Assembly (NCBI GenBank): GCA_964461635.1
Contig: CAYWVC010000004.1
Location: forward strand, 1-45,973
DNA length: 45,973 nt
Direction: 5' to 3'
Origin: an uncultured Lachnospiraceae bacterium
GTDB lineage: Bacteria > Bacillota > Clostridia > Oscillospirales > CAG-272
Both the position numbers and the translations under genes were made by a program. This document shows positions 30,544 to 40,029 of the stretch, piece after piece (within the stretch, counting starts at the first letter, position 1; every line of letters begins with the position of its first letter). The notes under the pieces were generated by a model that searched no databases, was not told the DNA's origin, and saw only the letters and a program-made list of their open reading frames with translations.

Positions 30544-31959
30544 TTATAATTCAAGGAAGCTCTTAAAGCTTCCGATAAGCTCCCTTCCCGCGCTCTCACA
30601 ATCCGACTCCGCAAATATACGGAGCAGCGGCTCGGTGCCGGAGAATCGGCAGATCACGAAGGAGCCGTCGGCAAAATAGACCTTGCATCCGTCGGCATAG
30701 CTGACCCGCTCGATCGGTCTTCCGAAATTCGGGAGGCGCTTTTCGATCATAACGGTACGCTCGATCTCGGATTTCTTCTCGGGTTCAAACGTAAGATTAT
30801 CCTCGACCATAACGAAGCTGCCGTATCTGTCGGTAAGCTTTTTCCACAGCTCGGACGGAGACATTCCGACAGCACAGATCATCTCCACGAACAGAGCCGC
30901 GGCATATATCGAATCCTTGCCGAAGATATGCCCGCGAACGGTTAGACCGCCAGACGATTCCCCGCCGAGCACGGCGTCGGTTTCGTCAAGCTTTGCCGAA
31001 ACGTACTTAAAGCCCACTGGAACCTCGTAGCACGTTTCGCCGTAATCCTCCGCCATACGGTCAAGAATATGTGTGGTTGCAACCGTGCGCACCACCGGAC
31101 CCTTCCAACCGCGGTACTCGTGCAGATAATAATACAGCATAGCAAGGATCTGATTGGCGTCCACGTACTCGCCGTTTCTGTCGATCACGCCGAGCCGATC
31201 ACCGTCGCCGTCGGTGGCTATACCGAGGTCGTAGCCCTCCGCAACTACACGCTCACTCAGATCAAAGAGACGGTTTTTGCCGGGAGCCGGCATACTGCCG
31301 CCGAAATACGCGTCCTTGTTATAATTCATAAGATCGACGGTGCAACGCGCCGTATAAAGTATGACCATAAGCGGATACGTGCCCGACCCGTGCATAGGAT
31401 CGAACAGTATTCTCGGTCCGCGCTCCCTGATTGCGTCCATATCAAGGTTCGATATGATAGAGTCTATAAACCCGTTGAAGGGATTCTTCAAATACTCGAT
31501 CATACCGCCACGCTCGGCATCCTCAAATGGCATATAATGCGGCTCGGACACCTCGGATATCAATTGCTCAAGTCTCCCGGTGCGCTCCACGGGGGCATCC
31601 CTGCCCTCGTCCACTATAAGCTTTATTCCGTTGTATTCGGGGGGATTGTGGCTTGCGGTCACCTCAAGCCCGTAATGCAAGCCCATACTCTTGACGGTAT
31701 ACATAATGAGAGGCGTGGGCGCAGAGCGCTTCATACAGATAACGCGCACACCGTTTGCGCAAAGAGCCCCTGCCAGCCAACGCGACGCGCGGTCGGACAG
31801 AAACCTGCGGTCGTAACCGATGACAACGGGCTTGTCCATGTGCCCTTCCTCGCGCATCAGAGCCGCAACGCCCTGCGCAACGCGGCAAACGTTATCAAAT
31901 GTAAAATCCTCACCTATAACGGCTCTCCAGCCGCCGGTGCCGAACCTTATCTCCGACAT
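30544..31959 (-). CDS. Phosphoglucomutase/phosphomannomutase family protein
   Basis: FGTGGWR, TASHNP phosphoserine motif, DGDGDR, GGESSG, RFSGTEP. Confidence 0.92.
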   Translation of the reverse strand: MSEIRFGTGGWRAVIGEDFTFDNVCRVAQGVAALMREEGHMDKPVVIGYDRRFLSDRASRWLAGALCANGVRVICMKRSAPTPLIMYTVKSMGLHYGLEVTASHNPPEYNGIKLIVDEGRDAPVERTGRLEQLISEVSEPHYMPFEDAERGGMIEYLKNPFNGFIDSIISNLDMDAIRERGPRILFDPMHGSGTYPLMVILYTARCTVDLMNYNKDAYFGGSMPAPGKNRLFDLSERVVAEGYDLGIATDGDGDRLGVIDRNGEYVDANQILAMLYYYLHEYRGWKGPVVRTVATTHILDRMAEDYGETCYEVPVGFKYVSAKLDETDAVLGGESSGGLTVRGHIFGKDSIYAAALFVEMICAVGMSPSELWKKLTDRYGSFVMVEDNLTFEPEKKSEIERTVMIEKRLPNFGRPIERVSYADGCKVYFADGSFVICRFSGTEPLLRIFAESDCESAGRELIGSFKSFLEL

Positions 31960-31962
31960 ACG

Positions 31963-32682
31963 TTACTCTTCGCTGTAAACCACGGTCACGTCGCCGTGAA
32001 GCTGAAGAAGAGAGGCGGGAAGCTGCGGGGTGATCTTGCCGTTTATCGCCCGCTCGATCACCTCTGCCTTTTTCTTGCCGTTGGCAATGAGAAGTATCTT
32101 CCTTGCCTGCATAATCGATCCCATTCCCATCGAAATCGCCTGCTTCGGCACGGCATCAACGCTCTCAAAGAACCTTGAGTTCGCCTCCACGGTCGAAGGT
32201 AAAAGATCCGCCACGTGCGTCTCACCAATGAAAAAGTCGTCGGGCTCGTTAAAGCCTATATGACCGTCAAAGCCGATGCCGAGGAGCTGCAGGTCGATCC
32301 CGCCGAGGCGTCTTATGCGGGCATCGTATTCACGACATTCCGCATTGAGGTCATCGGCACAGCCGTTCGGAACGAAGGTGTTCTCGGGCTTGATATTAAC
32401 GTGATCGAACAGGTGCTCCTGCATAAAATAACGGTAGCTCTGCCCGTGATCGCCGCCAAGACCGACGTATTCGTCAAGGTTGACCGAAACGGTCTCGCCG
32501 AAATCAAGCTCCCCGTTTTCATATTTTTTGACAAGATATTCGTAGATCCCGATAGGAGACGAGCCGGTAGCAAGACCGAGCACGCAGTCGGGCTTCACGA
32601 TGACCTGCGCCGCAATAATATCGGCGGCTATCTTACTTAACTGATCGTAATCCTTCGCTTTGATAACTTTCATAGCATCCAC
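31963..32682 (-). CDS. nagB: Glucosamine-6-phosphate deaminase
   Basis: GLATGSSP, NLDEYVGL, LGIG.DGHIGFNEP; exact start uncertain. Confidence 0.93.
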   Translation of the reverse strand: MDAMKVIKAKDYDQLSKIAADIIAAQVIVKPDCVLGLATGSSPIGIYEYLVKKYENGELDFGETVSVNLDEYVGLGGDHGQSYRYFMQEHLFDHVNIKPENTFVPNGCADDLNAECREYDARIRRLGGIDLQLLGIGFDGHIGFNEPDDFFIGETHVADLLPSTVEANSRFFESVDAVPKQAISMGMGSIMQARKILLIANGKKKAEVIERAINGKITPQLPASLLQLHGDVTVVYSEE

Positions 32683-32708
32683 CTTTATACAAAAAATAAT
32701 TTATCTTT

Positions 32709-32737
32709 ATTTTATCACAGCCCGTCCGCGAAATCAA
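32709..32737 (-). promoter_or_regulatory. sigmaA-type promoter of nagB operon
   Basis: Minus strand TTGATT-17 nt-TAAAAT with extended TG. Confidence 0.55.
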
Positions 32738-32830
32738 CGGTTTGCCGTACTTTTTTCGCGTTTTTTTACACCCGGCGGCACGATTTAATGTTTGACGTTG
32801 AAAATATGCCGTTGCAAACGAATGAAGCCA

Positions 32831-33436
32831 TTACCCGAGGCGTAACGACTCGCACAGTGCCGCGATCCTCTTGCAATTCTCGGCAATATTCCCCTTCATC
32901 ATAAAGCTCCCGCTCACGGCGAAAACGTGCCCGTCGGCAAGATAGTCGGCAAGCTTTTCCATATCTACGCCGCCGGTCGGTATAAATCTCATTTGCGGAA
33001 ATACCGCCGCCAGTGCCCGAACGGCATCCGCCCCGCCGTAAAGCCCGGCGGGATAATAATTAACCACCGAGATCCCCTCGTCAAGCGCGTGCATAATCTC
33101 GGTCGGGGTCATACACCCGGGATAATAATCAATATTATCCCAGCGGCAGATCGCCGCAACCTCGTCCGAAAAGCCGGGGGAAGCGATAAATTTCGCCCCC
33201 GCCTCCAACACCGCGTGACACTGAGCCGCGTTTATAACGGTTCCCGCGCCTATACGCATATCGGGGTAAAGGCTTGTCCCCAGCCTGATCGCCTCCGTCG
33301 CGCACGGAGTCCTGAGCGATATCTCGGCACATCCGATCCCGCCCTCGCGGATGGCACCGAGGATACCCTCGGTCTCATTAACGTCGTTTATCACGACTAC
33401 GGGAATTACTCTATCCATATATAAACCTCTTTGCAT
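32831..33436 (-). CDS. KDPG/KHG aldolase (Eda) homolog with Asn at the catalytic Lys position
   Basis: AEISLRT, IGAGTV, SPG, PGCMTPTE, PTGGV; VNYYPA where the family has xKxFPA; true start may be MDRVIP. Confidence 0.8.
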   Translation of the reverse strand: MQRGLYMDRVIPVVVINDVNETEGILGAIREGGIGCAEISLRTPCATEAIRLGTSLYPDMRIGAGTVINAAQCHAVLEAGAKFIASPGFSDEVAAICRWDNIDYYPGCMTPTEIMHALDEGISVVNYYPAGLYGGADAVRALAAVFPQMRFIPTGGVDMEKLADYLADGHVFAVSGSFMMKGNIAENCKRIAALCESLRLG

Positions 33437-33457
33437 AAATCAGATCTTGCATTAGAG

Positions 33458-33486
33458 ATTATAGCAATCTGTCCCGCGGTTGTCAA
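33458..33486 (-). promoter_or_regulatory. Consensus sigmaA promoter of eda-like gene
   Basis: Minus strand TTGACA-17 nt-TATAAT with extended TG. Confidence 0.75.
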
Positions 33487-33567
33487 TAAGGAAAATACAA
33501 TCCGCCCGTTTTTGCGGGCAACGCGGAGGCATTTTACAGCCCGACGGCAAAATATACCGCCGATCCC

Positions 33568-33596
33568 TTGACTAAGCCGCAAAAAAATGTTATACT
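33568..33596 (+). promoter_or_regulatory. sigmaA-type promoter of HAD gene
   Basis: TTGACT-17 nt-TATACT with extended TG. Confidence 0.65.
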
Positions 33597-33637
33597 GTAC
33601 CGTATAAAAAACGGTCAAAACGGAGGCACAAAACTCG

Positions 33638-34318
33638 ATGCAAGCTTGTCAAGGTAAAATCAAAGCGGTAATATTGGACTTCAACGGAACTATGCTGTTT
33701 GATTCGCATATCCACCGCGCGGTATGGCTTGATTTTATTCCCGCTCACGGCGGAACGGTCGAAACGGGCGACCTTGACCGCAGAATACTCGGTTGCGACA
33801 ACGCACATATATTACGGGGCTTTTTCGGTGAGCTCACCGACGCGGAGGTCGACCGACTTGCTTACGAGAAGGAAGCCGAATATCGCCGCAGATGCCTGCT
33901 TGAGGGGGACAGCTTACGCCTCGTTAACGGGGTGGAGGAATTTCTTGATTACCTCGTGTCCGAAAATATTCCGCATACGATTGCTACGGGGTCGGACAAA
34001 TACAACGTTGACTTTTACTTCGAGCATTTTTCGCTCGGAAAATGGTTTGAGCGATCGGACGTCGTGCTTGACGACGGGAGCTTCCCGGGCAAGCCCTCGC
34101 CCGATATATACCTTATCGCCGCCGACAAGCTCGGCGTCGCGCCGGGAGATTGCCTCGTTGTCGAGGATTCACACGCCGGAGTACAATCGGCGCGAAATGC
34201 CGGCATAGGTCGTGTCATCGGTGTAAGCACCGCCAAGACTGCGGATTATTATCTGAGTGCCGGCGGCGTGGATCGCCTCGTGCCCGATTTTTCGGATTGG
34301 AAGAACTTCTTAAGCTGA
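33638..34318 (+). CDS. HAD family hydrolase (beta-PGM/CbbY-like)
   Basis: Motif I LDFNGT, IATGS, GKPSPDIY, VVEDS..G. Confidence 0.85.
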   Translation: MQACQGKIKAVILDFNGTMLFDSHIHRAVWLDFIPAHGGTVETGDLDRRILGCDNAHILRGFFGELTDAEVDRLAYEKEAEYRRRCLLEGDSLRLVNGVEEFLDYLVSENIPHTIATGSDKYNVDFYFEHFSLGKWFERSDVVLDDGSFPGKPSPDIYLIAADKLGVAPGDCLVVEDSHAGVQSARNAGIGRVIGVSTAKTADYYLSAGGVDRLVPDFSDWKNFLS

Positions 34319-34371
34319 ATAACGAAGGTCGCGAGAACAGGCACCTTGAGGACGGCATCGGAATTACCGTT

Positions 34372-34409
34372 ATTCGGGGCGGTGTGCCATACGGCACACC
34401 GCCCCGAAT
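34372..34409. terminator. Perfect 17-bp inverted repeat between convergent genes
   Basis: ATTCGGGGCGGTGTGCC-ATAC-GGCACACCGCCCCGAAT. Confidence 0.7.
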
Positions 34410-34415
34410 CGTCAT

Positions 34416-34982
34416 TCACATGGCATCGGCATATTCCCTTAATTTGCCGCAATAGACCACGGTATGCGGAAGATCCATAAAGTGGATAGGTTGAACGATC
34501 GACGGCAGTTGCTCTGCCCCGTCGACACCGCATTCCCGACAAATCGCTTTCACGAACTCCGAGCAATAATAGCAGTGATCCTTCTCGCGCTTTATATGTA
34601 TTGCAGCCAAATACAATCCAAGGTAGTTATAATGATAGCTCTCCCGGTGCGAGTACATTTGAGGCAGTATTTCGCAGATCTCCTCGTAGCGTTCCGCGCT
34701 GATCTCGACCGCAAGCACGGCGACCTTTGTTTTTCGGAACCGATCAAAGGTTCCCGAATAAGGCGATTCCAAAACAAAACCGCCCCAGAACGGATTGCGC
34801 GGGTATCTGCGCCCAAATGAATACATTTGCGCAAGATCCTCCGATACGCTGACCGAAACGTGATTATATTTCGCTCCGGTCACAAATTTCAAAATGCGTG
34901 ACAGCATCGTTCCCGTCTGACTGAGGACTATATACAACCGTTTGGTTTCGCCGTTTTCCGTATTATATTCTTTTCCCGACAT
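34416..34982 (-). CDS. Permuted papain-like (NlpC/P60, YiiX/YebB-like) protein
   Basis: His (YNHVSV) precedes Cys (YYCSEFV); YSFGR and YHYN motifs. Confidence 0.65.
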   Translation of the reverse strand: MSGKEYNTENGETKRLYIVLSQTGTMLSRILKFVTGAKYNHVSVSVSEDLAQMYSFGRRYPRNPFWGGFVLESPYSGTFDRFRKTKVAVLAVEISAERYEEICEILPQMYSHRESYHYNYLGLYLAAIHIKREKDHCYYCSEFVKAICRECGVDGAEQLPSIVQPIHFMDLPHTVVYCGKLREYADAM

Positions 34983-35026
34983 TTTTCTTTTATCATCTCC
35001 TTCAAAACGTGAGAGCGCGTCACATA

Positions 35027-36142
35027 TTACTTATCCGTCGGATCAAGATATTGCTTCGGCACACGCCGTGACGGTGCCAACAGCACCTCATAGGAAATCG
35101 TTCCTATCAGGTCGGCAATGTCACGTGCATCTATCTTCACGTTCCCGACCTCACCCATAAGCACGACGCGGCTCCCTTTGCAAACATCCGGCGCGTCCGT
35201 GACGTCAATGAGCATCTGATCCATACATATACGGCCGATCACGGGACAGAGCTTATCGCCCGCGATGACGTTGGCTCGACCGGACAGCGCCCTGAAATAT
35301 CCGTCGCCGTAGCCCACGGACACGGTGGCGACCCTCATCCGTTGCGGCGCACGAAAGGTGCAGCCGTAGCTGACGCAATCCCCCGCCGAGAGCTCCTTGA
35401 CATACGTCACCTCGGTATACCACGACATAGCCGGTGCAATACCCGGCACCGTACCGATCGGTGAATAACCGTACATTATTATGCCGAGCCGTACCATATC
35501 GTAGTACGCTTGCGGGAATCTGACGATTCCCGAGCTTGCCCCCGCGTGGCGCAGGATCCCGCTCGGAAGCCCCGCACTCAGCTCGTCAAATCTTGCTATC
35601 TGCGCAAGAGTATAATCCGCGCTCTCGCCGTCGGCGTCGGCAAAATGAGTAAACGCGCCGGTAAGCCTTACGTGCGGCGACAGTGAAAGCGCGCGAATCA
35701 CCGCATCGACCTCCTCCGCACTCCTCGCTCCGATCCTGCCCATCCCGGTGTCAAGCTTAAGGTGAACGTCAACCTCCGTTTTATGTATACGGCAATAATG
35801 CTCAAGCACGTAAACGTCATCGGGGTCGCAGACAGTCTGCGTCAAGCCCTCCAGCACGCTTGCCTCGGCACCGCGGTGATTCACTCCGCCAAGGACCAAT
35901 ATCGGCGCATTTATGCCCGCCCGACGCAGCTCCTCGCCCTCCTCGGGAATGGCAACGCCGAGAAAATCGGCACCCGCGTCAAGTGCCGTCCTTGCAACCG
36001 GAACCGCACCGTGACCGTATGCATCCGCCTTAACGACCGCAAGCTTTCGGCACCCCGAAGGTAACGTGCCGCAAACCGCACGAACGTTGTTGGCTATCCG
36101 CGCAAGGTCTATTTCAACGTAGTTATTCCTGTATTCAATCAA
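35027..36142 (-). CDS. alr: Alanine racemase
   Basis: AVVKADAYGHG PLP-lysine, KLDTGMGRIG, VSYG, GYGDG, GRICMDQ, GTISYE. Confidence 0.95.
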   Translation of the reverse strand: MIEYRNNYVEIDLARIANNVRAVCGTLPSGCRKLAVVKADAYGHGAVPVARTALDAGADFLGVAIPEEGEELRRAGINAPILVLGGVNHRGAEASVLEGLTQTVCDPDDVYVLEHYCRIHKTEVDVHLKLDTGMGRIGARSAEEVDAVIRALSLSPHVRLTGAFTHFADADGESADYTLAQIARFDELSAGLPSGILRHAGASSGIVRFPQAYYDMVRLGIIMYGYSPIGTVPGIAPAMSWYTEVTYVKELSAGDCVSYGCTFRAPQRMRVATVSVGYGDGYFRALSGRANVIAGDKLCPVIGRICMDQMLIDVTDAPDVCKGSRVVLMGEVGNVKIDARDIADLIGTISYEVLLAPSRRVPKQYLDPTDK

Positions 36143-36250
36143 GCAAAGGTCACTCCTTCCGACGGATAAACGGAACGTTTAACTTTCATTATTGTATCAC
36201 ATTATCGCCTGAAAAGCAATAAAAACGGCAGATCATTTTTAAACAAATAC

Positions 36251-36279
36251 TTGCATTCTCCAATGAAGTGTGTTATAAT
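36251..36279 (+). promoter_or_regulatory. sigmaA-type promoter of SDR gene
   Basis: TTGCAT-17 nt-TATAAT with extended TG. Confidence 0.65.
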
Positions 36280-36318
36280 TTCGTCAAGTACAATACGATA
36301 CTTAAGGAGGATTTTACT

Positions 36319-37125
36319 ATGAGCAATTCTTGGCTCGGACTTGAGGGCAAGTCCATAATCGTAACGGGCGGCGCATCCGGCATCGGATACGCAACGGTTC
36401 AGGAGCTTCTTGACGACGGTGCATACGTTACCGTCTGCGACATCAGCGACAAGACCCCCGAATTCAACGCCGGAAACGGAAAATATATCTACGTAAAGAC
36501 CGACGTAACGAAGAAATCCGACGTTGACGCTATGGTGAACAAGGCAGTCGAGACCTTCGGCACCGTCGACGTAATAGTAAACAACGCGGGCATAAACATT
36601 CCGAGACTTCTCGTTGACGAGGCGGGACAGTGCGAGCTTGACGAAGCCGTTTGGGACAAGGTTATGAACGTCAACCTCAAGGGTCTGTTCTTCTGCTCGC
36701 AGGCCGCCGCCAGAATAATGGTGAATAACAAGAAGGGCGTTATCATCAATATGTCGTCCGAATCCGGTCTTGAGGGCTCGGAGGGACAGAGCGTGTACGC
36801 CGCCACCAAGAACGGTGTCAACGCACTTACCCGTTCGTGGGCAAAGGAGCTCGGCAAGAAGGGCATCCGCGTCGTCGGCATCGCCCCCGGTATACTTGAG
36901 GCGACGGGTCTTCGTACCCTTGCGTACGAGTCGGCACTCGCCTACACCCGCGGAATCACCGTCGAGCAGCTCAGAGAGGGATACAGCAAGGTATCGACAA
37001 TCCCGCTCCACCGCTCGGGACTTCTCTCGGAGGTGGCAAACACGGTTGCCTTCCTCGCCAGCGAGAGAGCCGGCTACATACACGGCGTTACCATCAACGT
37101 CGCGGGCGGAAAGACCCGCGGCTGA
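36319..37125 (+). CDS. SDR oxidoreductase, sorbitol-6-phosphate dehydrogenase-like
   Basis: TGGASGIG, NNAGINIPRLLVD, YAATK, PGILEATGLRT, C-terminal GGKTRG; AAGGAGG RBS before ATG 36319. Confidence 0.85.
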   Translation: MSNSWLGLEGKSIIVTGGASGIGYATVQELLDDGAYVTVCDISDKTPEFNAGNGKYIYVKTDVTKKSDVDAMVNKAVETFGTVDVIVNNAGINIPRLLVDEAGQCELDEAVWDKVMNVNLKGLFFCSQAAARIMVNNKKGVIINMSSESGLEGSEGQSVYAATKNGVNALTRSWAKELGKKGIRVVGIAPGILEATGLRTLAYESALAYTRGITVEQLREGYSKVSTIPLHRSGLLSEVANTVAFLASERAGYIHGVTINVAGGKTRG

Positions 37126-37138
37126 TCGCAAAATATCG

Positions 37139-37177
37139 GGGATCCGACCGAGCTTATGCCCGGTCGGATCCCTTTTT
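37139..37177 (+). terminator. Intrinsic terminator of SDR gene (overlaps 3' end of ygiQ-like gene)
   Basis: GGGATCCGACCG-10 nt-CGGTCGGATCCC followed by a T tract. Confidence 0.75.
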
Positions 37178-39061
37178 ATTCTTGTTCTTGTTTTTTACGG
37201 ACTTTCTCGGATTGCCTTTTGCCGTTTGACGCGAATTTGCGCGTGATTCCGGCTTGACGAGACATTCGCCGCCGTGACCGATAAGATCCTCCCTGCCCGC
37301 CAGCCGCAACGCCTTTCTGACAGCCGCGGCGTTCTCGGGACGGTTATATTGCAGTAAAGCGCGTTGAAGCCGCTTTTCCTCGGGATCGGTTGCAACGTGT
37401 ACCTTTTGCATACTCAAGGGATCTATGCCCGTGTAATACATTACCGTCGATGCCGTGCCGGGCGTCGGATAAAAGTCCTGCACCTGCTCGGGAGCGCAAC
37501 GGTCGCGCTTCATCTGCAACGCAAGCTCTATTGCATCGTTAAGCGTCGAACCCGGGTGACTTGACATAAAGTAAGGGATCACGTACTGATCCTTACCGTT
37601 CCTGCGGCAGAGCTCAAAATATTTTTTGCGGAAAGCCTCGTAGGTACGGTAATCCGGCTTGCCCATACACCGGAGAACGTTTGCCGAGCAATGCTCGGGC
37701 GCTACCTTAAGCTGACCCGAAATATTGTCGCGCACCATCTTGCGAAAGAAAGAATCGTCCTTATCCGCCATAAGGTAATCGAACCTTATACCCGAGCGGA
37801 TAAACACCTTCTTGACCCCCGGAAGTGCCTCAATCTCCTCAAGCAGCTCCATATATTCGCTGTGATCCACGCGAAGATTTTTGCACGGAGTCGGCACAAG
37901 GCATTTTCTCGCGGGGCAGACCCCGTCCTTAAGCTGCTTTTCGCAGGCGGGTGCTCTGAAATTGGCGGTCGGTCCCCCAACGTCGTGAATATAGCCCTTG
38001 AAATCGTCAAGTGCTGTCAGGAGCTTTGCCTCCGCCAGCACGCTCTCCTTGCTCCGTGAGCGAACGGTCCGCCCCTGATGGAACGCAAGTGCGCAGAAAT
38101 TGCACCCGCCGAAGCACCCGCGATTGTGTGTAATGGAGAAGCGCACCTCCTTGATGGCGGGCACGCCTCCATCCTTTGCATACGAGGGATGAAAGGTCCT
38201 CATATAGGGCAGTGCGTAAACGCGGTCAAGCTCCTCGCGCTCAAGAGGCGGCATCGGGGGATTTTGCACGAGCATACGGTCACCGTAATATTCTATCATT
38301 GCGCCGCCGTTAAGGGCATCCTGATTTCGGTACTGTATGCCGAAGGCTTTGGCATAAGCCTCCTTGCCGTGCTTCAATTCATCGGCATTGAATTCGGCGG
38401 CTACCGGAAAATGGACGCGGTCCCCCGCCCTGCCGACCCAGACCGAGCCGCGAACGTCCCGTATCTTTTTTATCGGTACTCCTCGGTCAAGCAATTTCGC
38501 TATGCGGACGAGTATATTCTCCCCCATACCGTACGTCAGAAGATCGGCGCCCGAGTCGATAAGCAAGGAATTCCTTACCCGATCGTCCCAATAGTCGTAG
38601 TGCGCAAAGCGCCTGAGCGACGCCTCGATCCCTCCAAGTATGATCGGCACGTCACCGTACGCCTCCCTGATGCGGTTGGAGTACACGATACAGGCTCGGT
38701 CGGGGCGCGCCCCGATCCGTCCGCCCGGGGTATAGTAATCGTATGATCTCCTTCTCTTCGCCACGGTATAATGCGCAACCATCGAATCTATATTTCCGGC
38801 GGTGACCAAAAATCCGAGCCGCGGACGCCCGAATTCAAGGAACGCCGAGCTGTCCGAATACTTCGGTTGAGCCAGGATCGCAACGCGAAATCCCGCAGCC
38901 TCCAACACACGGGAGATTATTCCCACTCCGAATGACGGGTGATCTATGTATGCATCTCCGCTTACGTAGACAAAATCGGGCTCGTCCCACCCGAGAGATT
39001 CCATCTCGGCTCGCGTCGTCGGCAAAAAGCCGTGCGGTTCAGAGTTTATCTTCAAGATCAT
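37154..39061 (-). CDS. YgiQ family radical SAM protein
   Basis: GDAYIDHPSFG, GGIEASLRR, CFGGCNFC, DVGGPTAN, QVQDFYPTP. Confidence 0.92.
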   Translation of the reverse strand: MILKINSEPHGFLPTTRAEMESLGWDEPDFVYVSGDAYIDHPSFGVGIISRVLEAAGFRVAILAQPKYSDSSAFLEFGRPRLGFLVTAGNIDSMVAHYTVAKRRRSYDYYTPGGRIGARPDRACIVYSNRIREAYGDVPIILGGIEASLRRFAHYDYWDDRVRNSLLIDSGADLLTYGMGENILVRIAKLLDRGVPIKKIRDVRGSVWVGRAGDRVHFPVAAEFNADELKHGKEAYAKAFGIQYRNQDALNGGAMIEYYGDRMLVQNPPMPPLEREELDRVYALPYMRTFHPSYAKDGGVPAIKEVRFSITHNRGCFGGCNFCALAFHQGRTVRSRSKESVLAEAKLLTALDDFKGYIHDVGGPTANFRAPACEKQLKDGVCPARKCLVPTPCKNLRVDHSEYMELLEEIEALPGVKKVFIRSGIRFDYLMADKDDSFFRKMVRDNISGQLKVAPEHCSANVLRCMGKPDYRTYEAFRKKYFELCRRNGKDQYVIPYFMSSHPGSTLNDAIELALQMKRDRCAPEQVQDFYPTPGTASTVMYYTGIDPLSMQKVHVATDPEEKRLQRALLQYNRPENAAAVRKALRLAGREDLIGHGGECLVKPESRANSRQTAKGNPRKSVKNKNKNKKGSDRA

Positions 39062-39945
39062 TCCCTCCCCCCGTTGAGATATCTTTCATAATAAAACAGA
39101 TATTGCTGCGCTATGCCCGCATACGGTCCGAGCTCCCGCGGATCGAACCCTATCGGGAAATATTTCTCGACGACCCGCCTGATCCAAACGTCGATCGGAA
39201 AGGCATCGAACCGTCCGAAGCCGAAGAGCAACGAGCAGAGCGCAACCTTCGGTCCTATGCCCTTGACCTCACAAAGCTTTTTCTTCATTTCCTCGGTGTC
39301 GCCGCCAAGAGAGTCAAGCTCAAGTCTGCCGTCACAGACACGCGCGGCGGCATCGGCAACGTATTTTGCCCGAAATCCGGTCTTGAGCTCGGCAAGACCT
39401 CGCTCACCCGCCTCATTCAGCGCCTCCGCGGTCGGGAAAGCATAATGCCCCGCCCCGATCGGCTCGCCGTATCGCTCCGAGATCGCACCGACAAGCTTCT
39501 TTATCCGCGGAATATTGTTATTCTGTGAGAGGATGAACGAGCAGACCGTCTCCCACCTATCTTGCCGCAAAATATGTATTCCTCTTCCGTACTTCAGCGC
39601 CTCGATCAGCGCCGGGCGGTCGCTTCGGGACAGGATATCCGCATTTATCGCACCGTAATCGGTATCAAGTCCGAGATACGGCATCCATAAGCTCTCGTAT
39701 TCCTCGGCTGTGGAGCCGTAAACGTAATATACGTCACCGTCCTGGGCAAAAGAGACGAAGCGCCCGAAGGCAACTCCGGCGTATTCCGTTTCGTGACTGC
39801 TGTCCTCTACCCGATCGAAGCGAAAGCATTGACCGCAGTCAAAGGTCTTCGCCACCGACAGCTCCGCGCCGGGTATACGGAACTCGACCGCCGGTATACC
39901 GTCGTGAGAAAATTCCCTGACCTTTTGAGAAAATAATTTATTCAT
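39058..39945 (-). CDS. 8-oxoguanine DNA glycosylase (Ogg1-like, HhH-GPD)
   Basis: TFDCGQCFR, SQNNNIPRI, GIGPKVA (Lys), FPIDVW (Asp), AQQYLF. Confidence 0.88.
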   Translation of the reverse strand: MNKLFSQKVREFSHDGIPAVEFRIPGAELSVAKTFDCGQCFRFDRVEDSSHETEYAGVAFGRFVSFAQDGDVYYVYGSTAEEYESLWMPYLGLDTDYGAINADILSRSDRPALIEALKYGRGIHILRQDRWETVCSFILSQNNNIPRIKKLVGAISERYGEPIGAGHYAFPTAEALNEAGERGLAELKTGFRAKYVADAAARVCDGRLELDSLGGDTEEMKKKLCEVKGIGPKVALCSLLFGFGRFDAFPIDVWIRRVVEKYFPIGFDPRELGPYAGIAQQYLFYYERYLNGGRE

Positions 39946-39960
39946 CTTTTGCCTCCGGGC

Positions 39961-39989
39961 TTGTTTTCAAGAAAACGTTATGATATAAT
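39961..39989 (+). promoter_or_regulatory. sigmaA-type promoter
   Basis: TTGTTT-17 nt-TATAAT with extended TG. Confidence 0.55.
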
Positions 39990-40029
39990 ACAAGTATTAT
40001 ACACCAAAATCCGAAGAAAGGCAATAGTG

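Noticed and set aside
33638-33700. HAD motif I reads DFNGT rather than DxDGT
   Set aside because: Nucleophile Asp is retained, and from memory this variant occurs in other Firmicute HAD proteins; not evidence of inactivation
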